Source: Deltaproteobacteria bacterium (lineage in GTDB: Bacteria > Myxococcota > Kuafuiibacteriia > Kuafuiibacteriales > Kuafuiibacteriaceae). Taken from it: DNA of 64,000 nt. The stretch covers positions 992,111 through 1,056,110 of the forward strand of contig JADJPE010000005.1 in assembly GCA_016713425.1 (NCBI GenBank), read 5' to 3'. The position numbers and the translations under genes were made by a program. Shown in pieces: positions 17,106 to 25,575 of this stretch (position 1 is the stretch's first letter; each line of letters starts with the position of its first letter). The notes beneath the pieces were generated by a model. The model saw nothing but the letters and a program-made list of their open reading frames with translations, was not told the DNA's origin and searched no databases.

Positions 17106-18701
17106 CTACGGGACCTGGAGCAAGATGTGGTTGGACAGGCCCCCGGGGCCAGCCGCGTCGTACTTCGAGACCGCAGCGACGATATCGAGTCTCCCGTCGA
17201 GGTCGATGTCCATGAGCTCGACCCCGAAGACGTTGTCGGGAAGACTCACGGTGTCTTCGACCTGAGCAAAGCTCCCGTCAGGCTGCTGCAGCAAAATCTC
17301 GATCGCGTGGCCGTTGTGCGTCAAGGTCTCGGCGTTGTTGCTGATGACGATGTCGATGAGCCCATCGTTGTTGAGATCCCCGAGCGCCGTGTCTTGGTTG
17401 TCATACGGCCCCCCTTCCGGGAACGGAAGCGCTGTCGACACGAAATGCCCAGTGCCATCATTTCTGAACAGGTAGGCAGGCGTCGGCACGAAGGTACCTT
17501 CCTGAGCGTAGACATCGCTCACGACAACGACGTCGAGATCTTGATCGGCATCGAAGTCGTCGACCCCGCACTTGAAAGCTCGGAGGATGCCCTCGGGAAT
17601 GCGCGCCACCCCATCCCCGTCGTCTTCGCTCTGATCGACGAATTGTCCGTACTTCCCGGAAGCCTCGACGTTCACGAGGAGTCTCGGCCGGCTAAGACCG
17701 CTCCCCGCGAAAATGTCGACTGCGCCGTCGCCCGTGAAATCGGCAAGCGCTACGCAGAACGTGCCGTCACGGTCGGACGTCAACGACGGAAGTCGCGCAT
17801 CGTCTCTCGTGAACGAGCCCATTCCGTCGTTGATCAAGAGTGCATTCGGCCGACCCTTCGCTTCCTGCTGAAGCAAGAGATTCGTATCGATCGCGATCGG
17901 CACCAGGAGGTCGACGTCACCATCGAGGTCGACGTCCCCCGCCGCAACACGCCCAAAGACATAACCGTTGTCGGACTCGGGGGCCGCAACACAAGGCGAC
18001 GTCGCGCATGCCGGAAGGCTCGGAACTGCGTCCGCATCGAACTCGAACGTCCCATCGCCCTTCGACATGAAGAGGCCAATCTGGCGTGCCGTCGTGGCCG
18101 CTCGGCTCACGACGACGTCGGAAGCGCCGTCGCCATCTACGTCGGCCGCAACGCCGTAGAACCACGTTTCCGTGGCATCGACGACGCCGTGCGTGAAACG
18201 ACCGCCACCCACATTTCGTGAGAGATCCAGTCCTCCCGGCGGATCGTTGTCGGCGAAGCCCTGCTGACTCACCCAGAGCACGTCGATGTCGCGGTCGCGA
18301 TCGGCATCGAGCAGAACGACGTCGGTGGTCGATCGATCCGTCAAACCATCGAGCACGTCGTCCGCCAACGCAAAAGCACAGGTGGTCAAGGTACAAGAAG
18401 AGGCAACCGGCGCCGCGTCCTGCGTCCCAGCATCGCCAGCATCGCCAGCATCGCCAGCGTCGCCAGATCCCGACGCATCTCGTGCCCCTGCGTCATCAGA
18501 TACGGACGCATCCTCGGGCGCACCCGCACCATCAACCCCCGACGCCCCATCCATCGTCACCGCCGCATCGCTCGTGCCTGAGCCCGGGGGCTTGGGCGCG
18601 TCATCCGAACAGCCCGCAAGAACGCAGGCGACTGCGAGGATCGAGAGGGCCGCGGCGGCGAAGAACGGATCGAGCGTGTGGTCGGATGCAAACGGTTTCA
18701 C
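17106..18701 (-). CDS. FG-GAP / VCBS repeat lipoprotein
   Basis: The signal with the lipobox LAGC is followed by a (DAG)n low-complexity tract. There are repeated DxDxDG calcium-binding loops, including DVDGDGASDVVV, DVDLDGDVDLLV, DFTGDGAVDIF, DLNNDGLIDIV and DIDLDGRLDIV. Confidence 0.7.
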   Translation of the reverse strand: MKPFASDHTLDPFFAAAALSILAVACVLAGCSDDAPKPPGSGTSDAAVTMDGASGVDGAGAPEDASVSDDAGARDASGSGDAGDAGDAGDAGTQDAAPVASSCTLTTCAFALADDVLDGLTDRSTTDVVLLDADRDRDIDVLWVSQQGFADNDPPGGLDLSRNVGGGRFTHGVVDATETWFYGVAADVDGDGASDVVVSRAATTARQIGLFMSKGDGTFEFDADAVPSLPACATSPCVAAPESDNGYVFGRVAAGDVDLDGDVDLLVPIAIDTNLLLQQEAKGRPNALLINDGMGSFTRDDARLPSLTSDRDGTFCVALADFTGDGAVDIFAGSGLSRPRLLVNVEASGKYGQFVDQSEDDGDGVARIPEGILRAFKCGVDDFDADQDLDVVVVSDVYAQEGTFVPTPAYLFRNDGTGHFVSTALPFPEGGPYDNQDTALGDLNNDGLIDIVISNNAETLTHNGHAIEILLQQPDGSFAQVEDTVSLPDNVFGVELMDIDLDGRLDIVAAVSKYDAAGPGGLSNHILLQVP

Positions 18702-18778
18702 GGAGGCACATTACCAGTTGCGCCCTTTCTCCGCCATGCCCTCCCCTTGCCCGCCCTAGACCTCGACGCCCGGTCGCC

Positions 18779-19045
18779 CTAGATGAACATCGCCGGGCTG
18801 ATCTCGAGCGAAACCTCCGACACCCGGTCCACGGGCAGGCCGGCTCGCTGCGCATGCTCCCGCACCGACGCTTCGCTCGGGGCATCATACTCACAATAGA
18901 TCTTGCCTTCGGCATCCGAAACATAGCTCCGGACCCACCGAACGTCTTGCATACTCGTGATCACGTCCTTGGACTTTCGGGCTGCTGCGTCGAGCTGCTC
19001 GCGCGTGAGCGTGCCTACCGTCCGTTCAACAATATATCTTGGCAT
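18779..19045 (-). CDS. DUF4242 family protein
   Basis: The 88-aa sequence matches the family pattern MPRYIVERT...LT.E.L.AAA..S..V...M.DV.W..SYV....K.YC.YDAPS....REHA...GLP.D.V.EV. Confidence 0.7.
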   Translation of the reverse strand: MPRYIVERTVGTLTREQLDAAARKSKDVITSMQDVRWVRSYVSDAEGKIYCEYDAPSEASVREHAQRAGLPVDRVSEVSLEISPAMFI

Positions 19046-19091
19046 CAGATTTCCCCATTCATTCGCTTCATCGAAGCGGTTTCGTCGAAGC

Positions 19092-22000
19092 TCAAGAACT
19101 CAGGTCGCCGAGTTCTCGGCAAACCTTCCTGAGCATCTCATCCCCAAGCTCGTCGGCGATGTCGATCGCGATGGAGATCTCGGAACGCCCGCGCGCCGTT
19201 TCACCTATCTCGCTCGAAATGCGGGCAAGGTAATAGGCCATCCATCCCTCGCCTTTCCGATCACCCCGTCGTCTACGCAGCGCCAAGGACTGGCGATAGA
19301 GATCATAGGCCACGTTGAGCTCTCCTTGCTGGCGCCTCACGCCCGCGAGCGCAGCCAATCCGTGACCCTCGAGCAAGCCCTGCTCTGTCTCTCGATTGAT
19401 CGCCACCGCCTGCTCAAGTTGCTCCGCCGCTTCCTGCAGGCGGCCAAGGTCTCTGAGCGTGACGCCAAGACTGTTGCGGATCAAGCCCTCGTGGCGGCGG
19501 TCGCCCGCCATCCGAAACAGCGCCAACGCTCGTTCATAATGAGCCAACGCTTCAGAAAACGCGCCTCGACCCCATTCGAGAATACCCATCGTATTCCGAA
19601 GACGCACCTCGGTTGCGGCATCGTCTGCTTCCGCGGCGAGCGCGAGCGCCTCCGCGTAGTAACCGATCGTAATCGCCACATCCTGGTTCGAGCGCTGGCT
19701 CGCACGCCCCATGCCTTCGAGCGCCTGAATCTGGCGATTCGGATCCATCGTGAGGCGCGCGCTCGCCAATCCACTTCGCCAGGCTTCGAGCATCGGCGCG
19801 AACTGCCCCAGTGCCTCGTGCGCATCCGCAACCTTCGCCCACATCGAAAACTCGTCTTCGCGACTCTCGAGCTGTGCGAAGACCTCAGCCGCTTCTCGAA
19901 GATAGGCGATCGCGTCCTCGTAGCGTTCGAGCGTCAGCAGAATACTCCCAAAGACCTGCAGTGACTGCGACAGCCCTGTCGCGTGTCGTGTCTTTCGGCA
20001 CATCTTCACGGAGTCCTCGTAAAGCCGAAGGCTCTCGTCAACTCTCCCCTGGAGCAAATAGACGTGGGCAAGCGAGGTCAGATGGTAGGACCTCTGAATC
20101 GGAAGCATAGACTCGCCGCCGAGGACGACGCCTTGTTGAAAGTAGGCCGCGGCCTTCTCGAGGTCTCCGAGCGAACGATGAACCGCGCCCAACATGTGGA
20201 GCGCGTTGAGCTTCTTCTCGACGAGATCGGTTCGTGCTTTGTCTTTCTCCTCCGCATCGGCAACCGCGAGTGCCTCCTCGAGGCAGTCTCTCGCGCGCGC
20301 AAGGTCGCCCTTCCCTTTGAGCACGTTGCCCAGGTTCGAGAGATCACCAATGACGGCCGCAACATCCTCCCGTGCTCGGTCGATCGTGAGCGCTGCCTCC
20401 ATATACGTCGTCGCCTCATCGTATCGTTCCTGGTGCCAACTCAAGAGCCCCAAGCTCCGAAGTGCGTTGCGCTCACCGACGGCATTGCCGAGGCTCCGCG
20501 CGATCTCTCGAGCCTGAGTCAGAGCGGACGTCGCCGAACCGAACTGTCGAAGCAGCGTGTGGAGGTCACCCTGTCTCAGGAGGATCTCAACGCGAAGCGC
20601 GTCGAGCTCACCGCCTGCGCCTTCGGGGTCCACGATCAACATGAGCTCATCGATGATCTGCTGCTGTCGACCGCGAAGTCCAAGCGTCTCACACAGCCGC
20701 TCTTCGCCGAGCAAAACCTCAGTGAGCAATCGTCGGCGCTCACTGCCTTCAGGCAGCTTGTCGATCCAGCCTTGGACCTGCTCAACGAGCTTGTGGGCCT
20801 CTGCGAATCGATAGACGGACTCCGCCCTGGAGACAGCCATCCGCCCATAGTGGATCGCTCGACGCCACTCGGCCGATCGACTGAAGTGGTGCGCGAGTTC
20901 GTCGAGATGCTGATTCAGCCGGTCCTTATAGAGCGTCTCGATGGCGTTTCCAACGCGGAGGTGGATGGATTCGCGTTGATGCTGAAGCAAGCTTTCGTAG
21001 GCGACGTCACGCGCCAGCAGGTTCTTGAATCGATAGGCCGGTTCGGGAACGACGCGCACCTTTTGAAGGAGGCCAGCTTTTCGGAGGAGATCGAGAGACG
21101 TCATCACGTCGGTGTCTTCTCCGAGCGCCTCCTGAAGAACCCCGCGGCCGATGTCTCGTTCCATGACGGAGGCAACCGCGAGTACCCGTCGCAGCACCGG
21201 CGCCATGCGGTCGATGCGCGCGCGAATCACAGCATGTACACTGGCGGGCAGCTCGATCTTCTCGAGCGAATGCCGAAGCACAACCCGGCCGGCGTCGACT
21301 TCGATCGCGGCTTCTTCCACGAGTTTGTGCGCAACTTCCTCGATAAAGAACGGATTCCCGCCCGTTCGATCATGGACGCGCTCGGCAAGGTCGCTCGGAA
21401 ACAGGGTCGCACCAAGGGCTGACCTCAGGACCGCTAGGGTCCCTTGCGCCGACAGTGCGTTCAGGGTGATGCCCGTGTGGTGCTCCGGCTGTCCAAGATC
21501 GACTGTCCCATCAGGTCGGTAGGTCACGATCGCGAGAAACGCCGACGTCGTGATGAGCTCGCCAATCTGTCGAAGGACGTCTCTCGAGGATGCGTCGGCC
21601 CAATGCCAGTCCTCAAGACAAAGAACGACCAAACGATGCCGACTGCTCGCGACCATCAACGCAGCGATCGCTTCAACGATCGCGAGGTGCAAGTGCTCCT
21701 TGGCAACGTGCTGGGGAATTGGATGCGCCTCGTGAGGCATCGCGAGGAGACTTAGATAGAAGGGAATGAATTCCTCGAGGTCGGGGTCGATCTGGCGAAC
21801 GCGCGAAACCACGTCGTCGGCTACACTAGAAGCGCTCGAAACCGGCGTTTCCGCGCTCTGATCGAAGACCAAGAGACTCCGAACGATCTCGACGAAGGGA
21901 CCGTACGCCAATGCCGCGGTCGAAGGCGAACAGCGCCCCAGACAGAGACGCCAATCATGGTCGTCGATCCGACGCCGGAACTCTTGAATCAAACGCGATT

Positions 22001-24167
22001 TTCCAAGACCCGGTCCCCCTTCCAAGGTGATGATTTGCCCCACGCCGCGGCGCGCTTCTCGTAGGCAGCGATCGAGTTGCGCAAGCACCGCTTCGCGCTC
22101 CACGAGCGCCGTCGCCTCGCCACGATCCCACCGTTCCTCGCTGCGACGGTCGCCCTGATGCGTACCGACCACGCGATGCGGCATCATCGGCCGAGAACGC
22201 CCCTTCATCGCGAAGGACGGCTGTGGTTCAGTGCGAAACAACGACGACACCTGACGCTGGGCGTCAGTGCTCAGAAAGACCTCACCCCCATCGGCTTCGT
22301 CGGCCAACCGACGCGCAGTATCGAACGCCAGCCCGGCCATTCGATAGAGTTGGCCGACACCCTCCGAACGCCGCAAGACAACGAACCCGGTGTCGACCCC
22401 CGAGCACAAGAGGGTCGTCAAATCGATGGACTTTGGAAGCCCATCGCCGAGCGTTGGGACGCGATGGTGGATTTCCAGGGCAGCCTGAGCCGCCCGCAGG
22501 AGATCGTCTTCGCGTGTCGCATCGATGCCGAAAACCAAGGTCGCTGCAGCTTCGGACAGTCGATTGACAAGGCCTCCGTGGCCCTCAGTCACTGCCGTGA
22601 CCTCAGACCAAAGTCGAGACATGAAGGGTTCGAGCTCCGTGGGCGACAACGTCTCCATCAGCTCGGCGTACCGAGCCAACCTCGTAACGACGACGCTGAC
22701 CTGGCGACGCTCGCCCAAACCCGTGGCCACGAACGACGCCCCGGCCCCAGATTCTTGGTCGCCGCTGGATGCCGCAGCGAACGATCCGGAGGCAGGATCA
22801 AAGCCCGCAACAGGTATCGAACGAAGCGCTCGACCAAATGCTTGAATCGACGGCGGGCGGCCGGCCGGGTCTTTGACCAACGCGCCATGCACCACCTCGG
22901 CCAGGCGTTCGGAGATCTCTCGCCTCAGCGATCGAATCGAAGGGGGTTCCTCGTGAAGGATCGCGTAGATCGTCGCATGGTCGACATCGCCTCGGAATGG
23001 GCGATGTCCCGTCAGCATCTCGTAAACGACGACCCCCAAGGACCAAATGTCCGTGCGCGCATCCACCACGTCGCCCCGCGCCTGCTCGGGGCTCATGTAG
23101 GCGAGCGTACCGAGCCGAGAGTTCCCAACGGTCAGCGTCACATCCGTCATCTTGGCCACGCCGAAGTCCAGGATCTTGACGACTTGTTCCCGCGTAACCA
23201 ACAGATTCGCCGGCTTGATGTCGCGGTGAATAACACCTCGCGCATGCGCGCTCATGAGCCCGCGCGCCACTTGCAAGGTTAGGTCGAGCGCCTCCGGAAT
23301 CGGAAGCTGGCCTCTCTCCAAGCGCTGTTTGAGCGTCTCGCCTTCGTAGTAGGCCATCGCAATGAACGACTGCTCGGTGCCCACTTCGTCCCGCAAGGTC
23401 TGTCCAATCTCGTAAACCGTGCAGATGTTCGGGTGCTCCAGCGCGGCGGCGGCTCTGGCCTCGATGAAGAACCGCTGCTTCGCCGCTGCATTGCCCGCGA
23501 GCTGTGGGGGCAGAAACTTGAGCGCGACGGCACGATCGAGGCGCGTATCCTGCGCCCGATAGACCACACCCATACCCCCGCTGCCCAGGGGGGCTTCAAG
23601 CCGATACTGGGCGACCATTGTGCCCGGCATCAGGGCATCGAAATCGTGCCGCTCGGCCGACCGCTCGGCGCCGCGGGCTCGACCGGAGCCCGAACCGAAG
23701 GCGGGGGCCGATGCCGAAGCTGGTGCAGAAGCCGGTGCAGAAGCTGATGCAGAAGCTGATGCAGAAGCTGGTGTAGAAGCTGATGCAGAAGCCGGTGCAG
23801 AAGCCGGTGCAGAAGCCGGTAGAGAAGCCGAACTTCCGACCCGAAAGCCTGCCGAACGTTGAGGAGGGAGCGTCGAAGAAGGTATGACCGCCGTCGATTC
23901 GAATGGGCTGGAAACTCGAAACTGTTCGTCGCGGGGTGGGTCGAAATTCCCTGAGCGCCCCTCCGTCGCCTCATGGGCAGTCAGAAGTGCCTCGACGGCG
24001 CCTCGCACGACCTCGTCGTCCCGACAAGCTTCCGTGAGAAAACCTGGTCGTTCGGGTGGAGACAACCGGAGCGCTTGCCGAAAGAGCGCCTCGATCAAGA
24101 GCCAGTTGCGCATGCCTCTTCGTCTCTCAAGAGAGCTTCCGAAGAGTATTCTCACCCCGCGAACCAC
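19092..24167 (-). CDS. Multidomain STAND protein: Ser/Thr kinase, degenerate class III cyclase-like domain, AAA/NB-ARC-like ATPase, TPR repeats
   Basis: The kinase is intact (GSGGMGVVYRA, ALKF, HRDIKPANLLV, DFGVAK, SPEQ). An (SA/PA)n linker follows. The cyclase homology region (VSVVVTRLARYAELMETL...GGLVNRLSEAAATLVFG) has both metal-binding Asp replaced. The P-loop is LEGGPGLGKSRL with Walker B LVVLCLEDWHWAD. A C-terminal run of about 600 aa is TPR. Confidence 0.85.
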   Translation of the reverse strand: MVRGVRILFGSSLERRRGMRNWLLIEALFRQALRLSPPERPGFLTEACRDDEVVRGAVEALLTAHEATEGRSGNFDPPRDEQFRVSSPFESTAVIPSSTLPPQRSAGFRVGSSASLPASAPASAPASASASTPASASASASASAPASAPASASAPAFGSGSGRARGAERSAERHDFDALMPGTMVAQYRLEAPLGSGGMGVVYRAQDTRLDRAVALKFLPPQLAGNAAAKQRFFIEARAAAALEHPNICTVYEIGQTLRDEVGTEQSFIAMAYYEGETLKQRLERGQLPIPEALDLTLQVARGLMSAHARGVIHRDIKPANLLVTREQVVKILDFGVAKMTDVTLTVGNSRLGTLAYMSPEQARGDVVDARTDIWSLGVVVYEMLTGHRPFRGDVDHATIYAILHEEPPSIRSLRREISERLAEVVHGALVKDPAGRPPSIQAFGRALRSIPVAGFDPASGSFAAASSGDQESGAGASFVATGLGERRQVSVVVTRLARYAELMETLSPTELEPFMSRLWSEVTAVTEGHGGLVNRLSEAAATLVFGIDATREDDLLRAAQAALEIHHRVPTLGDGLPKSIDLTTLLCSGVDTGFVVLRRSEGVGQLYRMAGLAFDTARRLADEADGGEVFLSTDAQRQVSSLFRTEPQPSFAMKGRSRPMMPHRVVGTHQGDRRSEERWDRGEATALVEREAVLAQLDRCLREARRGVGQIITLEGGPGLGKSRLIQEFRRRIDDHDWRLCLGRCSPSTAALAYGPFVEIVRSLLVFDQSAETPVSSASSVADDVVSRVRQIDPDLEEFIPFYLSLLAMPHEAHPIPQHVAKEHLHLAIVEAIAALMVASSRHRLVVLCLEDWHWADASSRDVLRQIGELITTSAFLAIVTYRPDGTVDLGQPEHHTGITLNALSAQGTLAVLRSALGATLFPSDLAERVHDRTGGNPFFIEEVAHKLVEEAAIEVDAGRVVLRHSLEKIELPASVHAVIRARIDRMAPVLRRVLAVASVMERDIGRGVLQEALGEDTDVMTSLDLLRKAGLLQKVRVVPEPAYRFKNLLARDVAYESLLQHQRESIHLRVGNAIETLYKDRLNQHLDELAHHFSRSAEWRRAIHYGRMAVSRAESVYRFAEAHKLVEQVQGWIDKLPEGSERRRLLTEVLLGEERLCETLGLRGRQQQIIDELMLIVDPEGAGGELDALRVEILLRQGDLHTLLRQFGSATSALTQAREIARSLGNAVGERNALRSLGLLSWHQERYDEATTYMEAALTIDRAREDVAAVIGDLSNLGNVLKGKGDLARARDCLEEALAVADAEEKDKARTDLVEKKLNALHMLGAVHRSLGDLEKAAAYFQQGVVLGGESMLPIQRSYHLTSLAHVYLLQGRVDESLRLYEDSVKMCRKTRHATGLSQSLQVFGSILLTLERYEDAIAYLREAAEVFAQLESREDEFSMWAKVADAHEALGQFAPMLEAWRSGLASARLTMDPNRQIQALEGMGRASQRSNQDVAITIGYYAEALALAAEADDAATEVRLRNTMGILEWGRGAFSEALAHYERALALFRMAGDRRHEGLIRNSLGVTLRDLGRLQEAAEQLEQAVAINRETEQGLLEGHGLAALAGVRRQQGELNVAYDLYRQSLALRRRRGDRKGEGWMAYYLARISSEIGETARGRSEISIAIDIADELGDEMLRKVCRELGDLSS

Positions 24168-24334
24168 GCAACCTCATGCGCACCGGACAAGTCCCTGGTG
24201 GGTTGGCGTGCGCGCCTATGCGCTCAAATATTTGAACACAGGCCGTAAAGCCGGCGCGGGAACTGCCGATATTCCTACTCATGAGGCCCTTCGGTCGCGG
24301 CTGCGACGTAGGAGGCCGAAGGAGGTCATGTGAC

Positions 24335-25513
24335 ATGAGAATCGCCACATCCGACATTCAAATGGCGAGCAGACACGCGGCCGTCAGTCGTCGGGAGGTT
24401 AGAACCTCATCTCGGGTCTGGATTGGCGAGCGCCGCCCCAACTTCGAAGGCTCGCCCCCCCCGCTCTCGCCATCACCGGCCAACAGCACCGGAGCCGGTC
24501 GGTTAGACACCGTTCATCTCTCGAAAGCCGCGCTCGAAGCGAAACGCTGCAACGAAGTCACGCCCGCCGATACGGAAGTCTCGTCGGAAGACGAGACGAA
24601 GATGGCGCTCATCGTCAGCATGGTCGAGATCCTCACGGGTAAGAAGCTGAAGCTGTTCTCACCCAAGGAGTTCACCGAGGAACTCGAGCGGGCTCAGCGC
24701 GATGCAGAGTCGACTTCGAATGACCTCAACGAAGCGCGCGCCGGCCGCGACTCTCCGGCGCGTGGCCGGAACGACGGAGTTCGCGACCCCGTACGCACGA
24801 CCGAGGCCAACCGCGCGGAGGCGGGGAGCCCATCCTCGGGTTCGGGCTTCGGAGTGGAGTTCGACTACTACGAACGCCAGTTTGAGTCTGAGAAGACTGT
24901 GTTCACCGCGGATGGGGTCATGCGGACGAGGGACGGAAAGGAGGTTTCGTTCTCGGTGAACGTTGGCTTGAGCCGAGAGTTCATGCGCGAGCAGAGCATC
25001 TCTCTTCGCGCCGGTGATGCCGTCGTCAAAGATCCTCTCGTCCTCAACTTCGGTGGCTCCGCGGCCGAACTTACGAGTACTCGGTTCAACTTTGACATCG
25101 ATTCGGACGGACGTTCGGACCAAATCGCGTTTGTGGGTCCGAACAGCGGTTTCCTGGCGCTCGACCGAAATGTGGACGGCGTCATCAACGACGGCACGGA
25201 GCTGTTCGGCGCTCGAACCGGCGACGGATTCGCCGAGCTGGCCGCCTACGACGAGGACAACAACCAGTGGATCGATGAAAATGACTCGATCTATGAAGGT
25301 CTCCGGATCTGGTCAAAAGACGGCGAGGGCCGCGATAGCCTTCAGACGCTCGGCCAGCGGGGCGTGGGCGCGATCTATCTGGGTCACGTCGCAACACCGT
25401 TCTCGCTGAAAGATGGAAACAACGAACTTCAGGGGCAGATCCAAGCAACCGGCCTGTTCCTCGAGGAGAACGGTTCACCGGGCACGGTTCAGCAGATCGA
25501 CCTGGTCGTCTGA
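24335..25513 (+). CDS. Conserved hypothetical protein with EF-hand/dockerin-like DxDxDG calcium-binding loops
   Basis: An ATG at 24335 is preceded by GAAGGAGG. The loops are DIDSDGRSDQIAF, DRNVDGVINDGTELF and DEDNNQWIDENDSIY. It is divergent from the STAND gene. Confidence 0.55.
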   Translation: MRIATSDIQMASRHAAVSRREVRTSSRVWIGERRPNFEGSPPPLSPSPANSTGAGRLDTVHLSKAALEAKRCNEVTPADTEVSSEDETKMALIVSMVEILTGKKLKLFSPKEFTEELERAQRDAESTSNDLNEARAGRDSPARGRNDGVRDPVRTTEANRAEAGSPSSGSGFGVEFDYYERQFESEKTVFTADGVMRTRDGKEVSFSVNVGLSREFMREQSISLRAGDAVVKDPLVLNFGGSAAELTSTRFNFDIDSDGRSDQIAFVGPNSGFLALDRNVDGVINDGTELFGARTGDGFAELAAYDEDNNQWIDENDSIYEGLRIWSKDGEGRDSLQTLGQRGVGAIYLGHVATPFSLKDGNNELQGQIQATGLFLEENGSPGTVQQIDLVV

Positions 25514-25575
25514 TGTCGATCAAGCCGGCGTAGTCGTGGTTCCTCGGCCCCCGGCCGTGCGGTCATCCGTTCGGC

